DNA of 64,000 nt, taken from positions 107,371 through 171,370 of the forward strand of contig JBEKSS010000004.1 of the NCBI GenBank assembly GCA_049516875.1, given 5' to 3'. How positions within the stretch are numbered: position 1 is the first letter of the stretch; the number at the start of each line of letters is the position of its first letter. The translations under genes and the position numbers were made by a program. The notes beneath the pieces are model-generated. The model did not search any database. It saw nothing but the letters and a program-made list of their open reading frames with translations, and was not told the DNA's origin. The stretch is from Candidatus Bathyarchaeia archaeon. GTDB taxonomy: Archaea > Thermoproteota > Bathyarchaeia > Bathyarchaeales > Bathycorpusculaceae. Of this stretch, positions 31,290 to 41,622 are shown in pieces.

Positions 31290-32471
31290 ACCATTGAGGT
31301 TCTAGGCCCAGAACACGAGTTCTCCGTGGTTGACAATGATTTGAGAGCTCTACCAATCGTTGACAGGATACTGAAAGGTTTTCGCGGACGCGTCGTCAAC
31401 TCTGTGAAGCAGCCTGGCTTCACTTTTGGAAAAGAGCTGCAGATGCACGTGATAGAAATCAAACCTAACGCGCCTTTCAGATCGCCCGAAACCTTCGAGG
31501 AAACCATGCAAAAGGCGGTTTTGTTCATCTCGGATTTCCTGCATCGAAAACATGGAGCACGTCTACTTGGAACGGGAATGCATCCGTTCCTAAGGCTCGA
31601 AGAAACAGGCGTCTGGTCGCACCGTCACCGCAAGATTTACCAGGCCTACAGCAAACTGTTCAACCTCAACCAGCACGGATGGCTGAATATTCAGAGCTTC
31701 CAGCTTAACCTTCCATACTCGAACGACCAGAGCGGCGTCAAACTGTACAACCTGCTTGCCAACGTGTGCCCCTATTTACCCGCGTTTCTCGCCTCTTCTC
31801 CCATCTACGAAGGCAGACTCGGAGAGGACGTTGACAACAGGCTAAGCTTCTACAAACTGAACCAACGTGAAGTGTCCCCGGTCACCGGGGATGTGGTCCC
31901 AGAATACGTGTCTTCCTTCAACGAGTATCGCCAGAAAATCATCGAGAAATACTCGTCTGAGATGGCCTAGGCTGGCGCAGACGAACTCATCCTTCAAAAG
32001 GACTGGGTCAACTCTCGCGGCGTAATCTTAAGGTTTGACAGAAAGGCAGTTGAAATACGGGTGATGGATGAACAGGAATGCATCAAGTCGGACGTGGCGG
32101 CAAGCTGTTTCATCAGAGCACTGCTCAGAGGACTGCTCACCGAAGACGTGCAGCTCGTGCCTCATGAAATCCTGGTGAAGGACTTCAACTCCGTCGTGGC
32201 GAAGGGACTCAACGCGCAGACCGAACACCCGAACGGACGGACTGCACGGAAGGTCTGCCAATTTCTCTTCGGACTTGCTTGGAAGAACGCATCAGAAGAA
32301 GAGAGAAAACATCTTTCAATCGTGAATAAAAGGATAGACCGCGGAAGCCTGTCAGACGCGATACGTGAAAGAATTGAAAGAAAAGCCCAGAAAACAGATC
32401 TCAAAGAGGCAGTAGTCGGTGTCTATTCAAGACTTGCAGAAAGCCTTATGGACAATCAGCCCTACTTCTAG
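31290..32471 (+). pseudogene. glutamate-cysteine ligase (GCS2) family gene interrupted by an in-frame TAG at 31968
   Basis: GPEHEFSVVD...LGTGMHP...SFQLNLP...SSPIYEG...EMA*AGADEL...NSRGVILRFDRKAVEIRVMDEQE, all in one frame. No clean in-frame start codon. Confidence 0.75.
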
Positions 32472-32493
32472 TACGGAAAAGGGGAGCTAGACG

Positions 32494-33045
32494 TTGGGCA
32501 AACATGCGACTATGAGGCAGAGCAACTTCTTTGACGTATGCAGTGAGTGCAAGACAAGTTATTCCTGCTGCAACGATACAACACCGCCAGTAACGTCTGA
32601 GCGCAGAAAAATCATAGAAACTTATCTGAAAGAGAACGGAATATCCGTTGCCAACCCGTTCGAGCGGACAGAATATGTTTTTCCAAGGTTAAGGGCCGAC
32701 GGCTACTGCGTGTTTCATGACAGAAAGACGAAAAAGTGCCTGATACACCCAGTGAAACCAGAAACATGCGTCGCAGGACCAATCACCTTCGATATAAACA
32801 CAGAAAAAGGAAAGATTGAATTGTTCGTCAAGAAAGAAAGTATATGTCAACTCGCCGGAAACGTGCATAGAGACAAGCAGTTGCTGCAAAAGCATCTCGC
32901 TTCGGCCAAGAAAGAAGTGCTGCGGCTCGTGGCCCAGCTTTCAGGAGAGGAACTGAAGGCAATATTGTCGAAGGATGAGCCTGAAACCTTCAAGATAAAA
33001 GAAGACGAGCTAGATGAAGAACTGCTGCGCAAACTGATCGGCTAG
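32494..33045 (+). CDS. YkgJ-family Cys-cluster protein
   Basis: CSECKTSYSCC, GYCVF, CLIHPVKPETCVAGP motifs. Confidence 0.8.
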   Translation: MGKHATMRQSNFFDVCSECKTSYSCCNDTTPPVTSERRKIIETYLKENGISVANPFERTEYVFPRLRADGYCVFHDRKTKKCLIHPVKPETCVAGPITFDINTEKGKIELFVKKESICQLAGNVHRDKQLLQKHLASAKKEVLRLVAQLSGEELKAILSKDEPETFKIKEDELDEELLRKLIG

Positions 33046-33072
33046 CCGCTGCGTCCGTCGTTCAGAACTTTT

Positions 33073-34287
33073 CTACTGTTGGATTCTCAGTAGCAGGTCG
33101 TCGCGTCGTTTCAGTAGTTTCTCAAACTGTTCGTCGTTTATCTTGTCTTCCACAAGCATTCTGATAGTGGTTCGGGATATGTTGTCCATTTCCTGATGGA
33201 ATTTTAACAAGTCTTTAGAGTACATGTCATAGATGCTAACCATGCTCTTGTAAAGTCGGTGGTACAGCTTGTTTCGATTCCAGATTCGTCTCCCGCGGAG
33301 CCCTGTGAAGCTGAGAACCAGCAGCGAACCGATGGCCGCCCAGCCTCCTGGCGTAAGGAACCAGAGGCTAGCGTCTTCCGACATGATTTGGCCCAGCGAC
33401 TTGGAGATCGGCCCGCTCACTACCGTGAACGCTGCTGGATACGTGTCTTCAGGAGTCTTCACGAACGAGGCAGTGTTGCCCTTCTGGACGGCCATGCTCG
33501 AGGGGAAGGTTTCCTTCATCTCGGTGCCTGCAGGCATGTTCACGTCAATGACTTGGCTGGTGTTGAAAGCGTAGCCGCGGTAGAAACTTGAACAGCCGAT
33601 GCTGAACGTGTAGTTGTCCTCTTGTTGAGAGAGCAGGTGAGCTGGAGCTCTAAAGTACAGGTTGTATGCCCAGCCGTTCTGGTTCCAGTCCTCATGGAAC
33701 TCCCAAGCCGTCAGAGCGCCGGTTGAAACCGGTGTCAAATCAAACCCTGCTAGCCAACTCTGGAGACCGCCGTGACTGACGAAGTATTCGGGTATCCTTG
33801 TGATGTGGAACCACATTGAAAGCTCAATCGTGGACGTGGTGTCGTTGGAATAGACCATCACCTTGGACGTGTTGGCCGATATCCCCGACCAGTCAGGATC
33901 GATATTCCACACGTCGTTGAGCCACCACAACGGGTTAGCGGTCAGATTGTTGGCAAAATCGTCGATAGACGTGAAAGGCAGGCTGTAATAATCACGCACT
34001 GAAACCCAGTTGAAGCTCTCGTACCATGAAACGAAGATGTCGCCCGGGCTCACCAGACTCTGCTGAACTGAAACCGCATTCCACATGCCGTCAGATATCC
34101 AAGCGGGTGCCACCTGTATTCCCCCCTCTTCCGACCACTTCACCTCGTCAAGCGACGGTTCTATAACGTCATGTATGTAGCCGATTTTCTGATTCCCGGA
34201 CTGAGAATATGACCGTGCAACAGTCGGTCTCAACGCTAGGAGAAGGATGACAAAGATCTCAAGACAAAACAGCTTACCCACTTTCAC
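33073..34287 (-). CDS. membrane-anchored exported hypothetical protein
   Basis: Signal peptide, Trp-rich extracellular domain, one C-terminal TM, short helical tail. Confidence 0.7.
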   Translation of the reverse strand: MKVGKLFCLEIFVILLLALRPTVARSYSQSGNQKIGYIHDVIEPSLDEVKWSEEGGIQVAPAWISDGMWNAVSVQQSLVSPGDIFVSWYESFNWVSVRDYYSLPFTSIDDFANNLTANPLWWLNDVWNIDPDWSGISANTSKVMVYSNDTTSTIELSMWFHITRIPEYFVSHGGLQSWLAGFDLTPVSTGALTAWEFHEDWNQNGWAYNLYFRAPAHLLSQQEDNYTFSIGCSSFYRGYAFNTSQVIDVNMPAGTEMKETFPSSMAVQKGNTASFVKTPEDTYPAAFTVVSGPISKSLGQIMSEDASLWFLTPGGWAAIGSLLVLSFTGLRGRRIWNRNKLYHRLYKSMVSIYDMYSKDLLKFHQEMDNISRTTIRMLVEDKINDEQFEKLLKRRDDLLLRIQQ

Positions 34288-34450
34288 AGGTGCACCTTCC
34301 GTTGTGACGCGCCCTTTCTGCCAGTGCGCATATTTACAACCAGTTTTCTATATATCAGTTACTACCTACTCAAGTCAAGTATTCCAAAGGTTATAGGCAT
34401 GATGCGACGATTGGCGCACGCTAAAAAGAAAAAAAATGAGGAGTTGCCTG

Positions 34451-35056
34451 CTAGACGTATTTTTGTTCTTTGTCGCAGTACCATCTTTGGTATTGCTGAA
34501 TGTATCGGAGCGGACCGCCGCACGTGGGGCACGTCATTGCTGCGCCTGGAGGTGGCGGAGGTGCCGCAGGGCCTCTCAGGAATTGGAATTTTAGAAACGA
34601 TGGCATCGCCATCTTCGTTTCATGCATCATACCTGCAAGGAATCCCCCTATCGGGAAGAAAATCAAGGCGAACACCATAAGCACGATCCAAAGCTGCATC
34701 CCGATTCCAAAGTCTCCTCCCCATATGCCAGTCTGAGCAAGCGTCACTATCAGAGTGATTATCAGGTAGGCCAAGAAGGACATGAAACCGCCTGCAAAGC
34801 CTTCCATTTTTCCTTCGGTCTTAAGCAGTTTGTAGCATAGGTATCCGGCTACGAAGCCTGCGGGAAGGAACGCGAAAATACCTGTGATAACGTCGCTTCC
34901 TATTGTTCTGCCCCAATCGATACCTACGTACCTACCAAACAGACTTGAGAATAGGGTCTGGAATCCACCGATGCTTGTGATTGCTTGTCCGAGAGCAAAT
35001 CCTAAAACTCCAACAGTAATGTAGTCGACGAAATAGGCCTCAGTTTTTTCAGTCAT
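34451..35056 (-). CDS. 4-TM membrane protein with Pro linker and C-terminal CPTCG...YQRWYC module
   Basis: Hydrophobic segments followed by APPPPPG and CPTCGGPLRYIQQYQRWYCDKEQKYV. Confidence 0.75.
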   Translation of the reverse strand: MTEKTEAYFVDYITVGVLGFALGQAITSIGGFQTLFSSLFGRYVGIDWGRTIGSDVITGIFAFLPAGFVAGYLCYKLLKTEGKMEGFAGGFMSFLAYLIITLIVTLAQTGIWGGDFGIGMQLWIVLMVFALIFFPIGGFLAGMMHETKMAMPSFLKFQFLRGPAAPPPPPGAAMTCPTCGGPLRYIQQYQRWYCDKEQKYV

Positions 35057-35248
35057 ACTCACATCCTCAGTTTGCAAGCGTACGATATTTCGACTATCAG
35101 TATTTAACATTTTGAGTTTATCTCAAGGTCAGTGGCGTCTTTGCCAAAGTCTAAATGGCGAACGCGCTGCCCACGGCGACACATAAGATGCCCGCGCTAA
35201 CACTATCGGTTGTAAAAATATAGTACCACTGTTTCTTCTTGGCAGCTC

Positions 35249-35614
35249 TTAGGCATATTTCTTGTCCTTGTAGCAGTACCATCGTTGATATTGTTGAATG
35301 TAGGTTAGGGGTCCTCCACATGTTGGGCAGATTGGTGTTTGTGCTTGCTCTCCGATTGGTTGAGTGCCAAGAATTGGTGTCTGAATTGTTGCAGGCTTCA
35401 ATATAACGAAGTCTCCTGCCGCCTGAATGTCTTCCCATTGGATTTCTTTCGTCTCCCCCTTCTTTGTCTCAACAATTAATGTCATTCCGGCCTTTCCCAC
35501 GGTGAAGGCAATGTCTCGTACAGTCCCAGATACGTTTCCCTCGCTGTCAACTACCTGCATGCCTATGAGCCTATCTTTCGTCACGGCTTTCTTCTCTTTT
35601 TCCTGCCTCGACAT
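35249..35614 (-). CDS. PRC-barrel protein with the same C-terminal module
   Basis: LIGMQVVDSEGNVSGTVRDI...IQWEDIQAAGDFVIL, then CPTCGGPLTYIQQYQRWYCYKDKKYA. Confidence 0.8.
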   Translation of the reverse strand: MSRQEKEKKAVTKDRLIGMQVVDSEGNVSGTVRDIAFTVGKAGMTLIVETKKGETKEIQWEDIQAAGDFVILKPATIQTPILGTQPIGEQAQTPICPTCGGPLTYIQQYQRWYCYKDKKYA

Positions 35615-35903
35615 TCATACCGCTCCGTTGTTTGAATCTTTAGGTGGTTGATGTCTTATAAGTTTTGGCGCACACCACAATTTTTTGGGAGTCCGGAATT
35701 AGTCCTCTCAATTGATCATCCTGCAAAAGTCTGATTGCTGTGCACACGCGTATGGTCAAAGCCAGTACCGTTTCTATGTTAGCACGCGCCTTTCTAGCGC
35801 CAACAAGGCATGGAGTAAAAACCTTAGTTGAGACAACAAGGCAATGGAAAAGAGCGCAAGCGATAATAACGAGTTGCGCTGAAATAACGGGAGAGATGAA
35901 AAA

Positions 35904-36410
35904 ATGTCAACAGGAAGCAGTTCACAGTTAGATATGAACCATTGGCTCATACGCCTCGTCGCATTCATAATCGACAGCATAATAATCGGCATCGTAGCAA
36001 GCATAATTTGGTTCTTTGCAATTCTATCCCTCCTCGCGAGCGGCAGTTGGTTGCTTTTGTGGGGATCTTACCTGGTACTTCCTTTTCTCTTAGGAGTACT
36101 TGAACTCCTTTACTTCGTGTTTATGGAAGTTTCTTATGGTGCAACACTGGGAAAGAGAGTTTTGGGATTGCATGTGCAAATGGTAAACGGCAGCAAAGTA
36201 ACGTTTGACAAAGCATTCATCCGCAACATAAGCAAGATATTTTGGCTTTTCCTCCTAATAGACTGGATATTAGGAGTCGCTACCCCTGGACACGACCAAC
36301 GCCAGAAATACACTGATCGTATTGCAGGAACCACCGTGGTCTCAGTGAAACAAGCATTCTCATCTGTCTCAACGCCTCCACCGACTCCACCCCCTCCACC
36401 AGCGCCTTAA
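35904..36410 (+). CDS. RDD-family membrane protein
   Basis: IRLVAFIIDS, GATLGKRVLGL and QKYTDRIAGTTVV motifs. Confidence 0.88.
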   Translation: MSTGSSSQLDMNHWLIRLVAFIIDSIIIGIVASIIWFFAILSLLASGSWLLLWGSYLVLPFLLGVLELLYFVFMEVSYGATLGKRVLGLHVQMVNGSKVTFDKAFIRNISKIFWLFLLIDWILGVATPGHDQRQKYTDRIAGTTVVSVKQAFSSVSTPPPTPPPPPAP

Positions 36411-36613
36411 GTTGAGTTCCCATTATTAAGGTCAGGTCCAAAGGACTCGTGCGCATCACTGACCTCCACTTTTCTTCTATTTTTGTCTGCAGTGCGTGTA
36501 TTAAGCCAAGGCTACAATCTGCCTCCACATCAATACGTTAGCATGGGAGCAATCAAGTTATCCTATTCTCTGTCAATCATGTGTGTGCGGTTTGTCTAGT
36601 TGATTCAAGAAAC

Positions 36614-36729
36614 TGGCGGGCCCGAGGGGATTTGAACCCCTGTTCTCCGGCTTTCTTCCACTCTGGTGCCCGGAGGCTTACGCACCCGTTTGCGGTTCGA
36701 CGCCTTAATCCTGACTGGGCTACGGGCCC
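36614..36729 (-). tRNA. tRNA-Arg(CCG) with two introns (29/30 and 37/38), CCA encoded
   Basis: Reverse complement GGGCCCGTAGCCCAGTCAGGATTAAGGCGTCG|AACCGCAAACGGGTGCGTAA|GCCTCCGG|GCACCAGAGTGGAAGAA|AGCCGGAGAACAGGGGTTCAAATCCCCTCGGGCCCGCCA. Removing the 20- and 17-nt segments gives a cloverleaf. Confidence 0.85.
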
Positions 36730-36774
36730 AACCCAAACATAATCGTAACTGAAATTAATTGTTGCTGTGCCGCA

Positions 36775-37275
36775 CTATGTCTCAGCCAATTCTTCGTTCA
36801 TCCACCAAGCTTTTTTCTTGCCTGACCTTTCCCCGGGATAATATTCTATGATAGATTTTCCAAGCTGCTTCTTCGAATTCTTCTGCATTCTTCTCAACCT
36901 GTTAAGGATTAACCACCTGTTTGTTTTCAAGTAGTCCGCCAGCTCAGGTGTAGTTGCCCCTTTGTAGTGAATCAGATAATCGATCATCTTGTGGTCTGTT
37001 TCATCCATTCCGAAAGTGTGCGGGTTGGTTTTTCCCCGCTCGTACGTGAGCAGTTCCAGGTCTGCGAGGTATTTCTTGATTTCTGAAAGCTCCTTCTCCA
37101 TCTTGCCAAACCTGCCTTCCAACTCCAGGATCCTGTCAGGCTTAGGCGTTTTCTGCAGCTTCTCCGTGATAGCGTCACGAATGAAATTGCTGCGATCACC
37201 CTCAGGAATGCGTAAGACCATTTCCTTGTAAACTTCATCAGGAATCTTCGCGGATACTACTCTTAACTCGCCCAT
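36775..37275 (-). CDS. ribbon-helix-helix plus winged-HTH transcription regulator
   Basis: VVSAKIPDEVY...RSNFIRDAI (RHH), a coiled coil, then GATTPELADYL (wHTH). Confidence 0.7.
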   Translation of the reverse strand: MGELRVVSAKIPDEVYKEMVLRIPEGDRSNFIRDAITEKLQKTPKPDRILELEGRFGKMEKELSEIKKYLADLELLTYERGKTNPHTFGMDETDHKMIDYLIHYKGATTPELADYLKTNRWLILNRLRRMQKNSKKQLGKSIIEYYPGERSGKKKAWWMNEELAET

Positions 37276-37375
37276 TAGAACATCCTCGCAATTCAGTATA
37301 GTAGCTCTTATTATTTCATGGTTTCTTTGATTCGCGCGAGTTGCAGCAGGTTCTTAAAGAACCTTAAGGGGCGTT

Positions 37376-37963
37376 TCAAGGCAGCTTGACGCTTGTTGAA
37401 GTCTCTGGTTGTAACGGCGTGTTTCTTGTTCTGGCGAGCAAGTCGCATCGGTTTTTCACTATTTCGTAGAGCTTTTTACGCAGGTTCTCTCCGACCATCT
37501 TTTCTTCTCTAACAAGCAGCGTTTTTCTTGCGAGCTCAGCGTCGCCTAACCCGGCAAACCAAGCTTCAAAATCGCCGCGGTTAACGTGAAACTCTATCGA
37601 AGACAAGTCAACCTTCAGGATCTTGTCACAGAAATCACTCAAGCTCGCGGCATGAACGTTAAGAGGCTTGCCGATGTCCGCGTAGAAGTGGAACGATCTT
37701 TCCATAGGCAAGTACCCCAGGATCTCAGCTGCTTTTTCCTTGTTGACTTCGGGAAGGCCGAGCACTTTCTTGCCGCTTTCAGTTATGACGTAAATCCCTT
37801 TTTCAGGCATTCCAACGTGCCCCATCTTGGTGAGGCCTAGGATGTGCATCATAACCGGTGGAAACCCCAGTCCAGCCTCTCTTGCTATCTCCGTGGCCTT
37901 TGCAGGTCTGTCTAACAGCCACATGGTTTCGAGAATCAAACGTTTAACAGGCGATATGCTCAT
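37376..37963 (-). CDS. wHTH plus DUF5752-like domain protein
   Basis: ATEIAREAGL HTH; FHFY...SIEFHVNRGDFEAWF...LGDAELA. Confidence 0.7.
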   Translation of the reverse strand: MSISPVKRLILETMWLLDRPAKATEIAREAGLGFPPVMMHILGLTKMGHVGMPEKGIYVITESGKKVLGLPEVNKEKAAEILGYLPMERSFHFYADIGKPLNVHAASLSDFCDKILKVDLSSIEFHVNRGDFEAWFAGLGDAELARKTLLVREEKMVGENLRKKLYEIVKNRCDLLARTRNTPLQPETSTSVKLP

Positions 37964-38281
37964 ACTGTTGCACTGTTCTTAGTTTATCACATGTGCCTAA
38001 TAGGTTTTTCATAATTCCCTTTTCATCGAGCCAGGAAGCGAGAGACGAAGACGATGTAAAAAAAGACTAAAAAGTGCCGACCGCCTTGTGACCATCGACT
38101 TGAACGCGTGCGTACCGTGACTTCGCAATCGTTGACTTGAAGCTGGCTGAAAACATAGTTGAGGGGAAGTTTCGAAGCTCTTGGATAATGATTGGAAGTG
38201 CGCAAAGTCCATTAGGAAGGTAAATAAGCAATGGTCCAGTAACCAATAGACACCATTTGCAGGAAGGAAGGATGTCTAAAG

Positions 38282-39535
38282 ATGAAGTTGGCTGTGCTTG
38301 TTTGGGAGTATCCCCCGAGGATTGTTGGCGGTTTGGGAACGTACGTTGCTGAGATTACTAGAAAGTTTGTTCTAATGGACAATGATGTCACAGTGTTCAC
38401 GACGAATGATGATGCTGGGACTCTTCCAACACGTGAGATCTGGCGCGGAATTGAAATACACCGCCCGTTGCACATTGACATATCTGATTCTTTGCCAGAC
38501 GTGATTGCTGAAGACATCAGAAAATGGGCGCGCGGGGGTATCCATTTTTTCTCTAAAATCCTCATCTACAATTATCTGAGCGCTTCAAAACTCGTTAACG
38601 AACTCATCAGGAAAGATGGCATCAAATACGACCTTGTCGTTGCACACGATTGGCTGTCAGCCATCGGCGGCATCACCGTCAAGAAAGAAGTCGGACTGCC
38701 ATTCGCCTTTCACGTGCACTCAACCGAAAAGGGAAGAACACTTGGAAACGGTTCTGAAGTGATCAGCAACATTGAACTCCATGCTGCAAAAGCAGCCGAC
38801 ATAATCGTCACAGTTTCCTACGCGATGAAGGAAGAGCTCACGAAGCTCGGGTTTCCAAAAGACAGAATACAGGTGTGCTACAATGGCGTTGACGCACAGA
38901 AATACAATCCAAAAGATGTAACGGCTGAACAGATAAAGAAGATTAGAAGCCTGTACGGTGTCAAAGACGACGAGGTCATGATTCTCTTTGTCGGCAGGCT
39001 CGCCGGTGTCAAGGGAGTTGACAAGCTCATAATGGCCATGCCTCACATTCTGCAGAAGATACCTAAAGCCAAGCTTGTTGTTCTAGGCCTTGGCGATCTG
39101 CAGGACTACCTGTTAAACTTGGTCAATTACATGAGACTCAGCAACTGTGTGAAATTGCGCTTCGAGTTCCTCCCTGAAGAAGAACGCATTCTTCATTACG
39201 CAGCTTGCGACGTGGCCGTCTTTCCAAGTCACTATGAACCATTCGGAATAGTTGTTCTGGAGGCCATGAGCATGGAAAAGCCGGTTGTCGTCGGCGCGGC
39301 AGGAGTTAGCGGGATGCGGGAGATAGTCATCTGTTGCGGGGAAGACCAGTGCGGGTTCCACATAGACCCAAGCAACCCCACCGACATCGCTTGGGGAATA
39401 ACCAGCGCCCTGGAAAGTCCAGAGAAGATGAAATGGCTTGGAAAGAACGGCAGACGAAGAGTCTTGGAAGAGTTTACCTGGGACAAGATAGCTGAAAAAA
39501 CACTGGAACTTTACGAGCAGATGGTGAAACACTAG
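38282..39535 (+). CDS. GT4 glycosyltransferase (glycogen-synthase-like)
   Basis: WEYPPRIVGGLG, AHDWLS and YEPFGIVVLEAM motifs. Confidence 0.88.
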   Translation: MKLAVLVWEYPPRIVGGLGTYVAEITRKFVLMDNDVTVFTTNDDAGTLPTREIWRGIEIHRPLHIDISDSLPDVIAEDIRKWARGGIHFFSKILIYNYLSASKLVNELIRKDGIKYDLVVAHDWLSAIGGITVKKEVGLPFAFHVHSTEKGRTLGNGSEVISNIELHAAKAADIIVTVSYAMKEELTKLGFPKDRIQVCYNGVDAQKYNPKDVTAEQIKKIRSLYGVKDDEVMILFVGRLAGVKGVDKLIMAMPHILQKIPKAKLVVLGLGDLQDYLLNLVNYMRLSNCVKLRFEFLPEEERILHYAACDVAVFPSHYEPFGIVVLEAMSMEKPVVVGAAGVSGMREIVICCGEDQCGFHIDPSNPTDIAWGITSALESPEKMKWLGKNGRRRVLEEFTWDKIAEKTLELYEQMVKH

Positions 39536-39572
39536 ATTCTGTGGCAGACTCAGGTTTGATGGTGAGGTTTCT

Positions 39573-40190
39573 TTGAGAGCGGATTCTCTGGAGTCAAGGA
39601 GGAAGATCATCAGGGAAGCCGCTGTTCTCCTCTATTCTGGAGAGGAAAAAGAGTATAAACAGGCGAAGTTGAAGGCTGCCGAAACGTTCGGTGCCCATTT
39701 CCTTCCGTCAAACCTTGAAGTTGCGTTGGAACTTGACAGAATAGCGGAGGAGAACGAGGGTCCGGCCAGACTGGAGCGTTTGGTTCGGATGCGAAGGGAG
39801 GCTCTTAGGATTATGAGAATTGTAAGAGCGTACAACCCGCTTCTGTTAGGAAGCGTTTGGCGAGGCACGATTCACCGTGGAAGCGACATAGACATAGTAG
39901 TTCAACATGACGAACCGGCCATCATTCTGGAGATGCTGCGGGAGAGCAGACTGAGAGTGGTGCAGAGCGAATGGGTTGCGGTGACGAAAAAAGGGAAGAA
40001 GAAAGGATCCTTCCACGTACACGTTGAATCACCAATCGGCGAAGAAGTTGAAATCAAGGTCACCAGCCCAACAGAAGCGTGCCGAAGAATCAAATGCGAA
40101 ATCTACGGCGATGACATCACCGGGCTTGACATTCAACAGCTCGAAAAACTGCTGGAGGAAGACCCTCTGAAACGCTTCGTTCCTTCCTGA
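39573..40190 (+). CDS. nucleotidyltransferase-domain protein
   Basis: LLGSVWRG...SDIDI Pol-beta-type motif. Confidence 0.8.
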   Translation: MRADSLESRRKIIREAAVLLYSGEEKEYKQAKLKAAETFGAHFLPSNLEVALELDRIAEENEGPARLERLVRMRREALRIMRIVRAYNPLLLGSVWRGTIHRGSDIDIVVQHDEPAIILEMLRESRLRVVQSEWVAVTKKGKKKGSFHVHVESPIGEEVEIKVTSPTEACRRIKCEIYGDDITGLDIQQLEKLLEEDPLKRFVPS

Positions 40191-40302
40191 CTTAAACCTC
40201 TTCGTCCAAGTTTCTACTGGCGAGATGTTTAGACGAAAGTTAAATATTGGTTTTTGCACAAAACAATACGAGTAAACAGGCGTTGGACAGGAAGGTGCAA
40301 GT

Positions 40303-40650
40303 GTGGAGCCGGACAAAGAATCCTTAAAGAGGATGTTTCCAAACTTGGCCAAAGATCTGCAAACAAATGAGAACGAAGTTCAGGTGAACTCTGTGCGGAC
40401 GAGCCAAGAAGACGGGGAAAAGGCTGCAACCTCACAGAGTTTCGACAACTATCTGCCCGACGTGATAGACTTCATCAGGCGATGCGATTCTAAAGAACAG
40501 GCTGAAGAGATAATCGGTTACATGGAGAAACGGGGCGAAATCGACAATAAATACGCCCAGAAGCTCAGAAAACAGCTCGAAGAGAAGGGCGTCAGAAGCT
40601 TCGGCACCAAGAAAGAGCAAGATTACTACCTTAAGCGCAACAGACGATGA
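40303..40650 (+). CDS. DUF2095-family protein
   Basis: FPNLAK, PDVIDFIRRC and GVRSFG..K..DYY motifs. Confidence 0.75.
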   Translation: MEPDKESLKRMFPNLAKDLQTNENEVQVNSVRTSQEDGEKAATSQSFDNYLPDVIDFIRRCDSKEQAEEIIGYMEKRGEIDNKYAQKLRKQLEEKGVRSFGTKKEQDYYLKRNRR

Positions 40651-40953
40651 CAGAACTGCAAGCACACGCAGTTCCATTTCCCTGAAACACGCTTTTTGTT
40701 GCAGAGAAATTGAGAGATCGCGCATTACGTGAATTCAAATAGAATTATGTCCCGAGTTAGCTGATGTTCAAATTGATGTTGGCTCAGGGAAAAATGCGCG
40801 AGGCAGATGTTGAGGCGAGTAATGATGACTGTGCATAAACGTGGAAGGAGCCGAAAAGCGCGCGCCCAATTAGATAGAAATAACTAAATACTGAGGCATT
40901 TGAATGTTTGGTCGCGCGAACGCGAGTAGAGTAAGTTTACAAGATGAAGGGAG

Positions 40954-41622
40954 GTGAAAAAAGTGTTGAGATTGAAGTATCCTATTGAGTATGAATTGAA
41001 CCCTACAGAGATTGATAAAGGAAAGCAATGGTTAACATTAACACTGAAAAACACAGGAAATAAAACTCTTAAAAGACTTGACGTGGAATTGCACTCTCTA
41101 GATACCTTTTATCTTTTTCCTTTATTCTTTCCTTTTGGAATAGGACACTACATCGGAGAGCTTAAGCCAGACGAAGAGGCAGAAGTGGTTTTCCAAGTTA
41201 ACGCACAAGGATCAGCTGAGGTATACGCCACTATCCGTGCACGTAAGAATGGAGACTACTTCTTGTGGGAATCCGGTTGGACGCACATCTCTGTAGGCGA
41301 CGAAAAAGCAGAAATCGGTCGCTTAGTAGTGCTTTCACACCCGTATACGATAATTGGAAAGACCCTCGAAGCCGAGGCAACCATTAAGGGCTTGGAAAAA
41401 AGTACGGGACTGAAACTGGAATTCTGGGTGGAAACCCCCTCAGGAAAGTTTGAAGAGCAGGCCAAAATGAATATAAAGGAACTTTCAGTTGGAGAGGAAG
41501 CCCGTTACTCCGCTGAGTTCACACCCAAGGAAAAGGGGCACTACACCATATACGCGTATTTATACGATGGATGGAGAAAAATAGGTCACAAGACAGATTC
41601 CATCTATGCGCAGGAAGAATAG
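40954..41622 (+). CDS. hypothetical protein with two Ig-like beta-sandwich domains
   Basis: LTLTLKNTG, IGELKPDEE, FTPKEKGHYTIYAYLY patterns; GGAGG RBS. Confidence 0.65.
   Translation: MKKVLRLKYPIEYELNPTEIDKGKQWLTLTLKNTGNKTLKRLDVELHSLDTFYLFPLFFPFGIGHYIGELKPDEEAEVVFQVNAQGSAEVYATIRARKNGDYFLWESGWTHISVGDEKAEIGRLVVLSHPYTIIGKTLEAEATIKGLEKSTGLKLEFWVETPSGKFEEQAKMNIKELSVGEEARYSAEFTPKEKGHYTIYAYLYDGWRKIGHKTDSIYAQEE

Noticed and set aside
39573-40190. MNT antitoxin partner for the HEPN genes
   Set aside because: 15-17 kb away, in a housekeeping context, and has a longer architecture than minimal MNTs.
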